From contig JAZNLX010000203.1 of the NCBI GenBank assembly GCA_045579325.1, positions 1-27,494 on the forward strand: a stretch of 27,494 nt of DNA, given 5' to 3'. The DNA comes from Spirochaetia bacterium (lineage in GTDB: Bacteria > Spirochaetota > Spirochaetia > CADAEX01). This document shows, in pieces, positions 1 through 7,262 of this stretch. Numbering within the stretch: position 1 is the stretch's first letter; each line of letters starts with the position of its first letter. Below the pieces are notes generated by a model. That model had not been told where the DNA came from and made no database searches. It saw only the letters and a list, made by a program, of their open reading frames with translations. A program made the position numbers and the translations under genes.

Positions 1-1974
1 GAAGGAATAAAAGATATTCATTCTATTTCCGAAGAAGCTCGCGCATGGATTCAAATAAAAGTTCAGCAATTCAGAGAATGCATTAAACATGTACAGTTTC
101 CAAATAAGCCTGTATGGTGGGAAGCAATGCGTATCTCGAGAAATAAAATAGCACATCAGGAAGAAGATTTATCTGATTCAGTTCTGACTTCAATACTCTC
201 AACCGTATCATCAAATCTTTCCAAGATAGAATACGATTTGTTCGCTAATATAAAACGTTACCGACAAGATTCAAAGAAAAAACGTCGCTTTGAAAATCTT
301 ACATCATCAGCATTAGGTTCCGAATCTGAAAAGAAACAGTTTGTTGATGCAATGGAAGAATATACAAATCCAAATATCCCAGAAGATGTTAGAATTGAGT
401 TTCCAAAGAATAAGTATACAGAACTCGGAGCTTCAATTCTCAAAGAAATTTCTTCACAAAACAATATTTTGGAATATGAAAGAAAACATACAGGTCTTTC
501 AGAAAATATTCAGACTGACATTCTTGAATGGCTTGAGAAAGTAAATAAATACTTAGTGAAAGAAGATCCTTTCAGAGAAGAGGCGATTTTTATTGAACAG
601 CAAAAACTTCAAGCCGCAGAAGATATTGCAAGTGATCTTATAAAAGACTCTTCAAAGATGGAATATCACTATAAACGGCTTCCATCTATAAGTGATTCGA
701 AAAGAGGTGCTATCGAAGCAAGTACTGTAAATTTTGACTTTTATCATAATCAGTTTGTAAAAGAGGCCAAGCTGGTAAAGTCTAAGAACGAAAAAGGAGA
801 CGAAATTGAATTCCTCAAATGGAAATCTGCTGATAAGCTGGAAATCCTTAAAAGAAATATCATTTTGGATTTAGAGCAAAATCTTGTTGAAAGAAAATCA
901 AAATGGGAACTAGCACAGATTGATTCAAAGCGAAAAGAATTCTTAGAAAAGCTTTATTCAAAAATCTATAAGTTTATGAAACTTGAAAGTCTCCTGATGC
1001 CTTTTATCAAGAATCTCGGACGATTGTGGGATTTAAGCGAAGGAACTTTTGAAACTAGTGGATTTGAAATTCTAGACACTTTTGCAAAGTTACTTGAGAA
1101 TGATGAATCCTTAAAAGAATTAGCTGACCTTTTAGGAAAACAAACTCGTGCACAAATCTCTTATGAAAAAGAGTTACGTGATAAAGTAGTTATAAAATCC
1201 AGCTGGCAGCCTAAACATGCATATAAAGGTGAAATAAACGGTCTTCGGTTTTCCAATGATATTTCCTCGGTTTTACCAAGCGAATTATCTTTGATGAATA
1301 ATCCGGCCGCAAACAAACTTTTTCAATTGAAGTTCGCACAGAAACAACTCTTATCGTATGACTATCAGCGAATGGAAGAAGAACAAGAAGAATCAAAAGA
1401 AAAAGAGGAAACAACTGTAGAAAAAAAAGAGCCCAAAGGTCCGATAATTATCTGCGTAGATACAAGTGGCTCAATGCATGGAATTCCAGAGAATATTGCA
1501 AAGACTATAACCTTTGCACTCTCAAAGATTGCTATTGAGGAAGAAAGAAAGTGTTACCTGATTTCATTCTCAACAAGCTTTGAAACTCTTGATCTTACAG
1601 ATTTTTCAGCTAACCCAATTGGCAAGCTTGTTCAATTCCTTAGAATGTCATTTCATGGTGGAACAGATGCAACTCCAGCACTTAAACATGCTGTAAAAAT
1701 GCTTTCAAAAAACGAATGGAAAAATGCTGATGTTCTGATGATATCTGACTTTGTAATGCAGACATTAGATAACGGCATAAAGACACAAATAGAATCTGCA
1801 CAGAAAGATAATACAAACTTCCACAGCTTGGTAATTGGCAGTTCTGGAAACAATGCAGCAATAAATTGTTTTAATCATAACTGGGTTTATGATGTAAACA
1901 ATCCTCAAGCTAACAGACATCTTGTAGAACAGATTCATGAAATCAAAATGCATGATTCAGTAGCTAATGTCTAA
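1..1974 (+). CDS. ViaA-like von Willebrand factor A (vWA) domain protein, 5'-partial (RavA/MoxR AAA+ partner family)
   Basis: The reading frame of ORF 127..1974 is open from base 1 (EGIKDIHSISEEARAWIQ...PVWWEAMR), so the true start lies upstream of the window. C-terminal MIDAS motifs: GPIIICVDTSGSM (DxSxS), FHGGTD, ADVLMISDF. SNDISSVLPSEL...QKQLLSY resembles the ViaA pre-vWA segment. Confidence 0.85.
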   Translation, partial: EGIKDIHSISEEARAWIQIKVQQFRECIKHVQFPNKPVWWEAMRISRNKIAHQEEDLSDSVLTSILSTVSSNLSKIEYDLFANIKRYRQDSKKKRRFENLTSSALGSESEKKQFVDAMEEYTNPNIPEDVRIEFPKNKYTELGASILKEISSQNNILEYERKHTGLSENIQTDILEWLEKVNKYLVKEDPFREEAIFIEQQKLQAAEDIASDLIKDSSKMEYHYKRLPSISDSKRGAIEASTVNFDFYHNQFVKEAKLVKSKNEKGDEIEFLKWKSADKLEILKRNIILDLEQNLVERKSKWELAQIDSKRKEFLEKLYSKIYKFMKLESLLMPFIKNLGRLWDLSEGTFETSGFEILDTFAKLLENDESLKELADLLGKQTRAQISYEKELRDKVVIKSSWQPKHAYKGEINGLRFSNDISSVLPSELSLMNNPAANKLFQLKFAQKQLLSYDYQRMEEEQEESKEKEETTVEKKEPKGPIIICVDTSGSMHGIPENIAKTITFALSKIAIEEERKCYLISFSTSFETLDLTDFSANPIGKLVQFLRMSFHGGTDATPALKHAVKMLSKNEWKNADVLMISDFVMQTLDNGIKTQIESAQKDNTNFHSLVIGSSGNNAAINCFNHNWVYDVNNPQANRHLVEQIHEIKMHDSVANV

Positions 1975-2023
1975 ATTAGCATGAAACCTATTTTTACTTA
2001 AATTATTTGCAAATTTGAGCAGC

Positions 2024-2067
2024 GACCGCCGGGTATTTTCGTCAAAAACCCGACGGTCAATTTTATT
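2024..2067 (+). terminator. Probable intrinsic terminator hairpin downstream of the vWA gene
   Basis: GACCGCCGGGT-A-TTTT-cgtc-AAAA-ACCCGACGGTC (2024-2058) is a 15-bp stem with one C/A mismatch (G.U on the minus strand) and one bulge. It is followed by AATTTTATT and lies 50 bp after the stop codon. Confidence 0.55.
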
Positions 2068-2220
2068 AAAAATAACCATAGTTAGTATTGTTTGCTTAGT
2101 TAAATTCCAGGGCAAAAATCAAAAATTTGAACGGAAAGATACTACAGTTCAGCCCTCTTAGTTTAAGTAAATTCTCTAAGTAAAAAGTACTTTTTTCTGA
2201 AGAAATCTGAAATTTTCTGC

Positions 2221-2248
2221 TTGCAAATAATGAAAAACAGTATAAAAT
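2221..2248 (+). promoter_or_regulatory. Candidate sigma70 promoter pointing toward the tRNA fragment and antisense to the end of the glycan operon
   Basis: TTGCAA (2221-2226), 16-bp spacer, TAAAAT (2243-2248). The AT-rich context raises the chance of a spurious match. Confidence 0.35.
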
Positions 2249-2307
2249 ATAGGAAAAATAAGACAATCTAAAGTAATTTAAAGCGGAAAAGGAGTCCCCA
2301 AAGCCCC

Positions 2308-2333
2308 CTCATAACCCGGAGGCCGTAGGTTCA
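2308..2333 (+). pseudogene. Fragment of an initiator tRNA-Met(CAT) gene, anticodon loop to T-loop; not a functional tRNA
   Basis: CTCATAA-CCCGG-AGGCC-GTAGG-TTCA corresponds to the anticodon loop (CAT at 2310-2312), the 3' anticodon stem with the three C's typical of initiator tRNA, the variable loop, the 5' T-stem and the start of the T-loop. The 5' anticodon-stem strand and the acceptor stem/CCA are absent. Confidence 0.8.
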
Positions 2334-3029
2334 GACCCTGGTTGCCTTTATTGTATAATTGCCGTCCGGAAAGCTTTCCCTCAGCCGGCTGTCTATGTTC
2401 TGGACATTGTTGATATCGGTCCAGACTGTCCTGAACTTAATCTCCACGGAATCACTTCTCCCCTTGTACTCAAGAAAACTGACCTGTCCGCCGCCGGCCT
2501 CTGTTACAGCCTTGATTATATGCTCCCTGCCGGGAAGAGTGTTCTCTTCGCCCTGAAAGAATGTAATGGTTATATCCAGCTCCATGTGGTTAAGGAAATA
2601 TTTTTTCCCGAAGCCTGAAAAATGGACTGCCAGCATGAGAATCCCGGTAAATACCGCAATGACAGCCGCAATCAGATAGAAGCCCAGACCGTTTGCCATA
2701 CCGATTACGATGGCCAGGAAGATGAAGGACATATCTATGAAGCTGTTTACGCTGGTCCTGAAACGGATAATGGAAACTGCACCCACGAGACCGAAGGCAA
2801 CGGCAAGATTGTTTCCGATAACCATCATGGCACCTGCAAGGATAACCGAGATAAAGACCATGGACTGCATCATTATGTAATTGTTCTGCTTGGTCTTGTT
2901 CATTACCTTGTAGATTTCTCCCAGGATCAGGTTGAAGAAGGCTGAAAGACCCAGTCCCACCAGACAGTTCCAGATTGATTCCACCCTGATGGTTGATTCA
3001 TTGTCTGCAAAAGAATTAAAAATTTCCAT
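2331..3029 (-). CDS. DUF4956 family membrane protein (MgtC/SapB-related)
   Basis: Signature VIGNNLAVAFGLVGAVSIIRFRT, four to five hydrophobic segments and a soluble C-terminal domain. RBS AAGGAG precedes the ATG. Confidence 0.85.
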   Translation of the reverse strand: MEIFNSFADNESTIRVESIWNCLVGLGLSAFFNLILGEIYKVMNKTKQNNYIMMQSMVFISVILAGAMMVIGNNLAVAFGLVGAVSIIRFRTSVNSFIDMSFIFLAIVIGMANGLGFYLIAAVIAVFTGILMLAVHFSGFGKKYFLNHMELDITITFFQGEENTLPGREHIIKAVTEAGGGQVSFLEYKGRSDSVEIKFRTVWTDINNVQNIDSRLRESFPDGNYTIKATRV

Positions 3030-3045
3030 ATTTCTCCTTTATCCT

Positions 3046-4158
3046 TTAAGGCAGTTCAAGACTCCCCCAGGTTATGCGTCCCGAGGTACTGTCCAGATAT
3101 GCTGCCGCTTCATTCTTGTTATTGACAAAATCTCCGTAATATGAACCGTATAACGGATCGTTTCTTACAGGCAGATCTGCCTCCCCGTACATTTCCGCCG
3201 CTTCGTCCCTGAGAACGGAAAGGATGTTTTCAGGTCCCGGTGTCACGAAAAGCTCGTTTACCCGGCTGTTGTATGCAGCCCTGACCTCGGGTACGGATGT
3301 AAGCCGGCGTACCAGCTGATTGTCTCCCGAAAGATCGTAACCGCTTATATCGCTGTAGATACAGCTTTCATTGTCCCAAGGCAGGAAGTAGAATTTTCCG
3401 TCAAAACAGATATAGAAATTTGTTCTGAAGGTATCCTTTACCGTAAGAAAATTATGCACTGCCAGATAGGATGCAAACTTCTCCACGTCCACATACCTGT
3501 TTACAAATTCTCTCCAGCCTTCATCCGATTTGGTTACACAGGCTGAAACAAGATGCTCCAGATTGGCAAAGTTGTCATCATCCGGGAATTTCTTTTCGGA
3601 CAGGGATGCAAGGGGATTGTTTGCCCCCAGATCGTTATAATCCTCGAAATAGCACTTGAAAAGCTCTCCTGCTATCTCGTTTTCGTCATAGTAGGTGATG
3701 AAATTGTAGCATCCGATATATTCGTCGTTAAGGAAGAGGGCTATGGTTTCGGTATCGCAGGCCGGAAGACCCGCCAGCTGATAGGCCCGCATGGCAATCC
3801 TGTTATCCACACCGCCGCCGGACTGTCCCCTTTCAAGCACATATTTCTTTCCGTCTATCTTCAGCATGAAGGATTTCTTGGAATGCATTCTGGATGTATA
3901 GCCCCTGACCTTGATCTTTCCTTCTCCGGTCCAGCTCCCCTTTTCAATGCGGCATCTGGCATAGTCATCGGTGGAAACGGAGCCATAGAGAGTCTCGGTT
4001 TCCCGGTCTGTAAGATGGATCTTTACCTTGGAAACACTCCCCACATCGGGATCGTCATTATCCGCAAGCCCCACGAACTCGCCGCAGGAAAAAAGAAGAA
4101 GCGAAAGAACGGGAATTATGGCAAACTTCAGGATTTTACGCAAAAGCTTATACTCCAT
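3046..4158 (-). CDS. CotH-family kinase lipoprotein (copy 2); alternative TTG start at 4143
   Basis: Signal peptide ending LLLFS-C. CotH-type motifs KVRGYTSR..KKSF, LFLNDEYIGCY, ELFK and DTFRTNFY...FYFLPWDNE. GGAG lies ahead of the TTG at 4143, with no clear RBS before the ATG at 4158. Confidence 0.85.
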   Translation of the reverse strand: MEYKLLRKILKFAIIPVLSLLLFSCGEFVGLADNDDPDVGSVSKVKIHLTDRETETLYGSVSTDDYARCRIEKGSWTGEGKIKVRGYTSRMHSKKSFMLKIDGKKYVLERGQSGGGVDNRIAMRAYQLAGLPACDTETIALFLNDEYIGCYNFITYYDENEIAGELFKCYFEDYNDLGANNPLASLSEKKFPDDDNFANLEHLVSACVTKSDEGWREFVNRYVDVEKFASYLAVHNFLTVKDTFRTNFYICFDGKFYFLPWDNESCIYSDISGYDLSGDNQLVRRLTSVPEVRAAYNSRVNELFVTPGPENILSVLRDEAAEMYGEADLPVRNDPLYGSYYGDFVNNKNEAAAYLDSTSGRITWGSLELP

Positions 4159-5153
4159 ATCGGTTCAAAATCTGTTTCAAGTCCGCTGCCGTTGTCATAG
4201 GTATCGAACTGCACGCCCCCTTCCAGATGCATGAACACGTTGCGGCCGTGGAAATAGTTTCCAAGAAGGAGCTCCACACGGCGGCTGTCATCTATCCTGT
4301 CGATGTCCGGCATAAGGATACCGGCTCTGAAGGCAGGGGTGTATACAAAACGGGATGTACTGAAGTTATAGCCCACGGATGCATCGGCCGCTGCGAAGAA
4401 GCTTTCCTCCTTGCCCGGAAAATGAAGCAGTCCCACGGGATCCACCAGATTGGTTCCGGCAGAGGCTTCGGCTGTAACAACCCAGCTTGTGGTATACATG
4501 AAATATTTCATATCAAAGAGGAAGTTGTTGTACTGATATTCGTCTCCGATTCCCAGAGCTGCCTGATGAACCGCATAAGGAAGATAGGATGCCGTGAAGG
4601 CCAGGAAATGGCGGTCCGGCTCGAAGTTGTACATTCCTGTAAGGATAAACTGGGTTTCGTTGTGGGATGAATTGAAAAAGAAGGTGGCATCCAGTGTCAG
4701 ATTATCTGTAAGAAAATTGTCATGCACATAGCGGATACCGGTGTCGTTTGAGGACCAGCCCAGCTTCTTCATGTATTCTACACCCGGGGAATCCATTTCG
4801 AAAACCTCGTATCTTTTCTTAACAAAGTCGTTCAGGTAAAGGTCTCTCTGGAAAATTCCCCCCTTTATCCAGCTCAGCTCGTCAAAGGCATAGACAACCG
4901 AAACCTCGTCCGGCTCCACATCCTTCCTGTCAATTTCCATGGAGAGAATGGTGGAAAGACGGTCGCTTATCATATATTCGGCGGTAAAGGTCCCTTCCAG
5001 CTCGTATTCCAGATAATACTTGTCTCCGGTTACGTCGGAATCATCCAGCTTGAATTCCACTTCAGCATCAAACTTTATCCTGTCCTCCTTGGCTGCAAAG
5101 AGCGAAACGGAACAGAGTATCAAAACAGTAAATAAAATCAGTATCTTTTTCAT
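4128..5153 (-). CDS. Putative outer-membrane beta-barrel/porin (copy 2), OprO/OprP-like N-terminal pattern
   Basis: Signal peptide (MKKILILFTVLILCSVSLFA), alternating amphipathic strands and C-terminal strand WSISFCVKS. Paralogous to 6249..7262 (NLVDPVG vs GLVNPMG; FFAAAD vs FFGGAD; ELLLGN vs EVLFGN; HLEGG vs HLDGG). Confidence 0.6.
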   Translation of the reverse strand: MKKILILFTVLILCSVSLFAAKEDRIKFDAEVEFKLDDSDVTGDKYYLEYELEGTFTAEYMISDRLSTILSMEIDRKDVEPDEVSVVYAFDELSWIKGGIFQRDLYLNDFVKKRYEVFEMDSPGVEYMKKLGWSSNDTGIRYVHDNFLTDNLTLDATFFFNSSHNETQFILTGMYNFEPDRHFLAFTASYLPYAVHQAALGIGDEYQYNNFLFDMKYFMYTTSWVVTAEASAGTNLVDPVGLLHFPGKEESFFAAADASVGYNFSTSRFVYTPAFRAGILMPDIDRIDDSRRVELLLGNYFHGRNVFMHLEGGVQFDTYDNGSGLETDFEPIWSISFCVKS

Positions 5154-6265
5154 AACAGTCCTTTAACTATATCTCCCCTGTTGCTGATAAAATATTTTAT
5201 GTAATTTTTCATATTTGTAAAATCCTTTTCGGTATAACGGTAGCTTGGATCGTTCTTTACGGCAAAAAAAGCCTCGTCATACCATTTGTCCACCTGTGCC
5301 TTCAGCTCATTGAGAAAAGCTGTGTCATCGGCCAGATCTGTCATGGCCTGTTTGTAGGCGGTCCGTACCGAAGGAACTGTAAGTATACGGCGCTGGATTT
5401 TTCCGTCTCCGTAGATACGGCCTGAATTCAGCTCCATTCCCAGCTCGTTGTCCCAGGGGAGGAAAACCATCTTTCCGTAATTGTACAGGTAGTAGTTCCA
5501 GTTTGCGGTATCGCCCACGGCAAAGAAATCGTGGACCACCATGTATCTGATGAAATTATCCACATCGATATGGGATTCCACCCACTCATTCCATTGGGCA
5601 TCGGACATGTAGTTTGTGTTTACGATAAGGGTTTCCAGAGAAGAAAAATCGTCGTTATCGGGAAATTTCCTTTCGGAATTGGAACGGAGAGGATTTTCCT
5701 CGTATCCCAGAAGCTCTATCTTGAACAGCTCCGACATGAAACCGCTTTTCCATGCCTCCAGCTGCTCCTGGCTGTACATGTCCACCTTGGCGTAGTAGCC
5801 GATGTACTTGTCATTGATATAAAGTGCCACTGCCTCTGTTTCAGGAGCAGGAACCAGCGCCTCTCCCTTGTACATGAAATTGTTGTAGGCATACATGACA
5901 ATACGATTCTTCAGCCAGGTGAAATCCTCGTGCATAAGGGCATAATTTCCCTCGTGCATTCCCTCCTTTATCCTCAGGGTAAAGTTCTTCTTCGGGTAAC
6001 GGCGGGAGGTATTGCCTCTGACTCTCATGGTTCCCTCCACGTTCACGCCGTTATTTACCGTAATGCGGCACGGAGTATGATCCTCCTCCGGAGGCGAAAC
6101 ACTGTCGTAGAACCGTTCCATGTTCTCTTCCGAAAAATATACCTTTATCTTCTTTACATTTCCCACATCGGGATCGGTAAAATCGTCAAATCCGATGAAT
6201 TCGCCGCAGGAAAAAAAGGAAAAAGATAGAATCAGAACTGTTAAAAGCTTAATTCTTGATAACAA
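5150..6265 (-). CDS. CotH-family kinase lipoprotein (copy 1)
   Basis: TTG start, signal peptide ending SFFS-C. Motifs RVRGNTSRRYPKKNF, LYINDKYIGYY, ELFK and DTANWNYY...MVFLPWDNE. Shares SCGEF(I/V)G and DPDVG with copy 2. Confidence 0.85.
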   Translation of the reverse strand: MLSRIKLLTVLILSFSFFSCGEFIGFDDFTDPDVGNVKKIKVYFSEENMERFYDSVSPPEEDHTPCRITVNNGVNVEGTMRVRGNTSRRYPKKNFTLRIKEGMHEGNYALMHEDFTWLKNRIVMYAYNNFMYKGEALVPAPETEAVALYINDKYIGYYAKVDMYSQEQLEAWKSGFMSELFKIELLGYEENPLRSNSERKFPDNDDFSSLETLIVNTNYMSDAQWNEWVESHIDVDNFIRYMVVHDFFAVGDTANWNYYLYNYGKMVFLPWDNELGMELNSGRIYGDGKIQRRILTVPSVRTAYKQAMTDLADDTAFLNELKAQVDKWYDEAFFAVKNDPSYRYTEKDFTNMKNYIKYFISNRGDIVKGLL

Positions 6266-7262
6266 CTGACACCGCCCATCTCAGTTCGAGTTTTGTTTTA
6301 AGATCATCATCCCCGAAGCCGTCATGCTTGGTAATGATTCCCAGGCCTCCGTCCAGATGGAGCTTGACATTCTCCTTATAGGTGAACTGGTTTCCGAACA
6401 GTACTTCGAATTCGTTGCAGTCTGCCTCGGAGATCTCGGGAATAAAGGCAGTTCCTCTGAGCATCGGAAGCCAGCGTACGAAATCTGTAAGCTGTACATT
6501 GATACCGCCGTGGATATCGGCTCCGCCGAAGAAAGGATGCTCTGTATCTGCATCAAAGTTTATGTGCCCCATGGGATTGACCAACCCGGAGCCCAATGTA
6601 AGCTCGGCACCGTAAATATATTTTCCACGGTAATCGGCATAGACCAGGTTGCCGTAGAAATTATCCCGGGGATAGTCCTTCTCGGATGCATCCCATTTCT
6701 TGTGATTCAGGAACGGATAATAGGAAACAAAGATTCCGGCCACCATTTCCTTATCGGGATCCTGACGGTAGAATCCGCCGCAGAGCTGAGGCTCCAGCTG
6801 GGAAGGAATGTAGAGCACATGGGCAAAACCGCCCCAGTTGTCTCCGCTTTCATCCCTGTATTCGTACTTGCCTCCGATGGCGCGGGAAATATAACCCTGA
6901 TCCTTCAGTTCCCGGGTAATGATATTCTTTCTGGCAAAAGGACGGTCAAAGGAACCGATATAGTCGTCAAGAGTCAGGATATTCTCGAATTTACCCGCCT
7001 TTACGGAATGGTTTTCAAGAAAGGTATATTTTGCGGAAATCTCATCCACGTCTACCTCGTACTTGTCCAGCACAGGCTTGAACACCAGTTCTATATCATC
7101 GGTGGCATCAAACTTGAAACGGAGCTTTCCCTGAAGGTCGTAAAAATCGTCCTTATCCATTTCATCGTTGGACTCAATGCTGAACTCAGGCTTGATGGAA
7201 AACTGCGAGAATGCAGCAATCGGCACGGCAAACAAAACAAGAAACAAAACCAATTTTTTCAT
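6249..7262 (-). CDS. Putative outer-membrane beta-barrel/porin (copy 1), OprO/OprP-like N-terminal pattern
   Basis: Signal peptide MKKLVLFLVLFAVPIAAFS-Q. The segment DEISAKYTF..HSVKAGKFENILTLDD..FDRPFAR recalls the phosphate-selective porin pattern (from memory). C-terminal strand WAVSVVIKN. ATGA overlap with the upstream GT4. Confidence 0.6.
   Translation of the reverse strand: MKKLVLFLVLFAVPIAAFSQFSIKPEFSIESNDEMDKDDFYDLQGKLRFKFDATDDIELVFKPVLDKYEVDVDEISAKYTFLENHSVKAGKFENILTLDDYIGSFDRPFARKNIITRELKDQGYISRAIGGKYEYRDESGDNWGGFAHVLYIPSQLEPQLCGGFYRQDPDKEMVAGIFVSYYPFLNHKKWDASEKDYPRDNFYGNLVYADYRGKYIYGAELTLGSGLVNPMGHINFDADTEHPFFGGADIHGGINVQLTDFVRWLPMLRGTAFIPEISEADCNEFEVLFGNQFTYKENVKLHLDGGLGIITKHDGFGDDDLKTKLELRWAVSVVIKN

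Larger units (their letters stand above)
1..2314. mobile_element. Possible right end of an AT-rich genomic island bounded by a tRNA-fMet-derived att-like site
   Basis: Hand-counted GC: 19/60 at 241-300, 19/60 at 901-960 and 15/60 at 2161-2220, versus 27/60 at 2401-2460 and 29/60 at 2701-2760. The shift coincides with the tRNA fragment at 2308. No integrase is visible in the window. Confidence 0.35.
3046..7262 (-). repeat. Ancient tandem duplication of a [beta-barrel + CotH lipoprotein] two-gene module
   Basis: Unit 1 is 5150-7262 and unit 2 is 3046-5153, with the same gene order and nearly equal protein lengths (337/341 aa and 371/370 aa). Shared motifs are visible at protein level; the DNA is strongly diverged. 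Confidence 0.8.

Noticed and set aside
2164-2195. TAAGTAAA direct repeat (2164, 2177) and AAAAAGTACTTTTT palindrome (2182-2195) as integrase arm or operator sites; also ATTTGCAAAT at 2005-2014
   Set aside because: These are short, almost pure A/T patterns in a roughly 25% GC stretch and are expected by chance. They become relevant only if the att model is confirmed.
2282-2307. Possible decayed 5' half of the tRNA-fMet (GCGG...GGAG...AGC)
   Set aside because: Only scattered matches, about 5 nt too short, and no D-stem or anticodon-stem pairing. It cannot be supported as tRNA-derived.
3046-6265. CotH as evidence for sporulation
   Set aside because: The proteins are lipoproteins paired with outer-membrane barrels in a diderm-type locus, with no spore-coat genes nearby.
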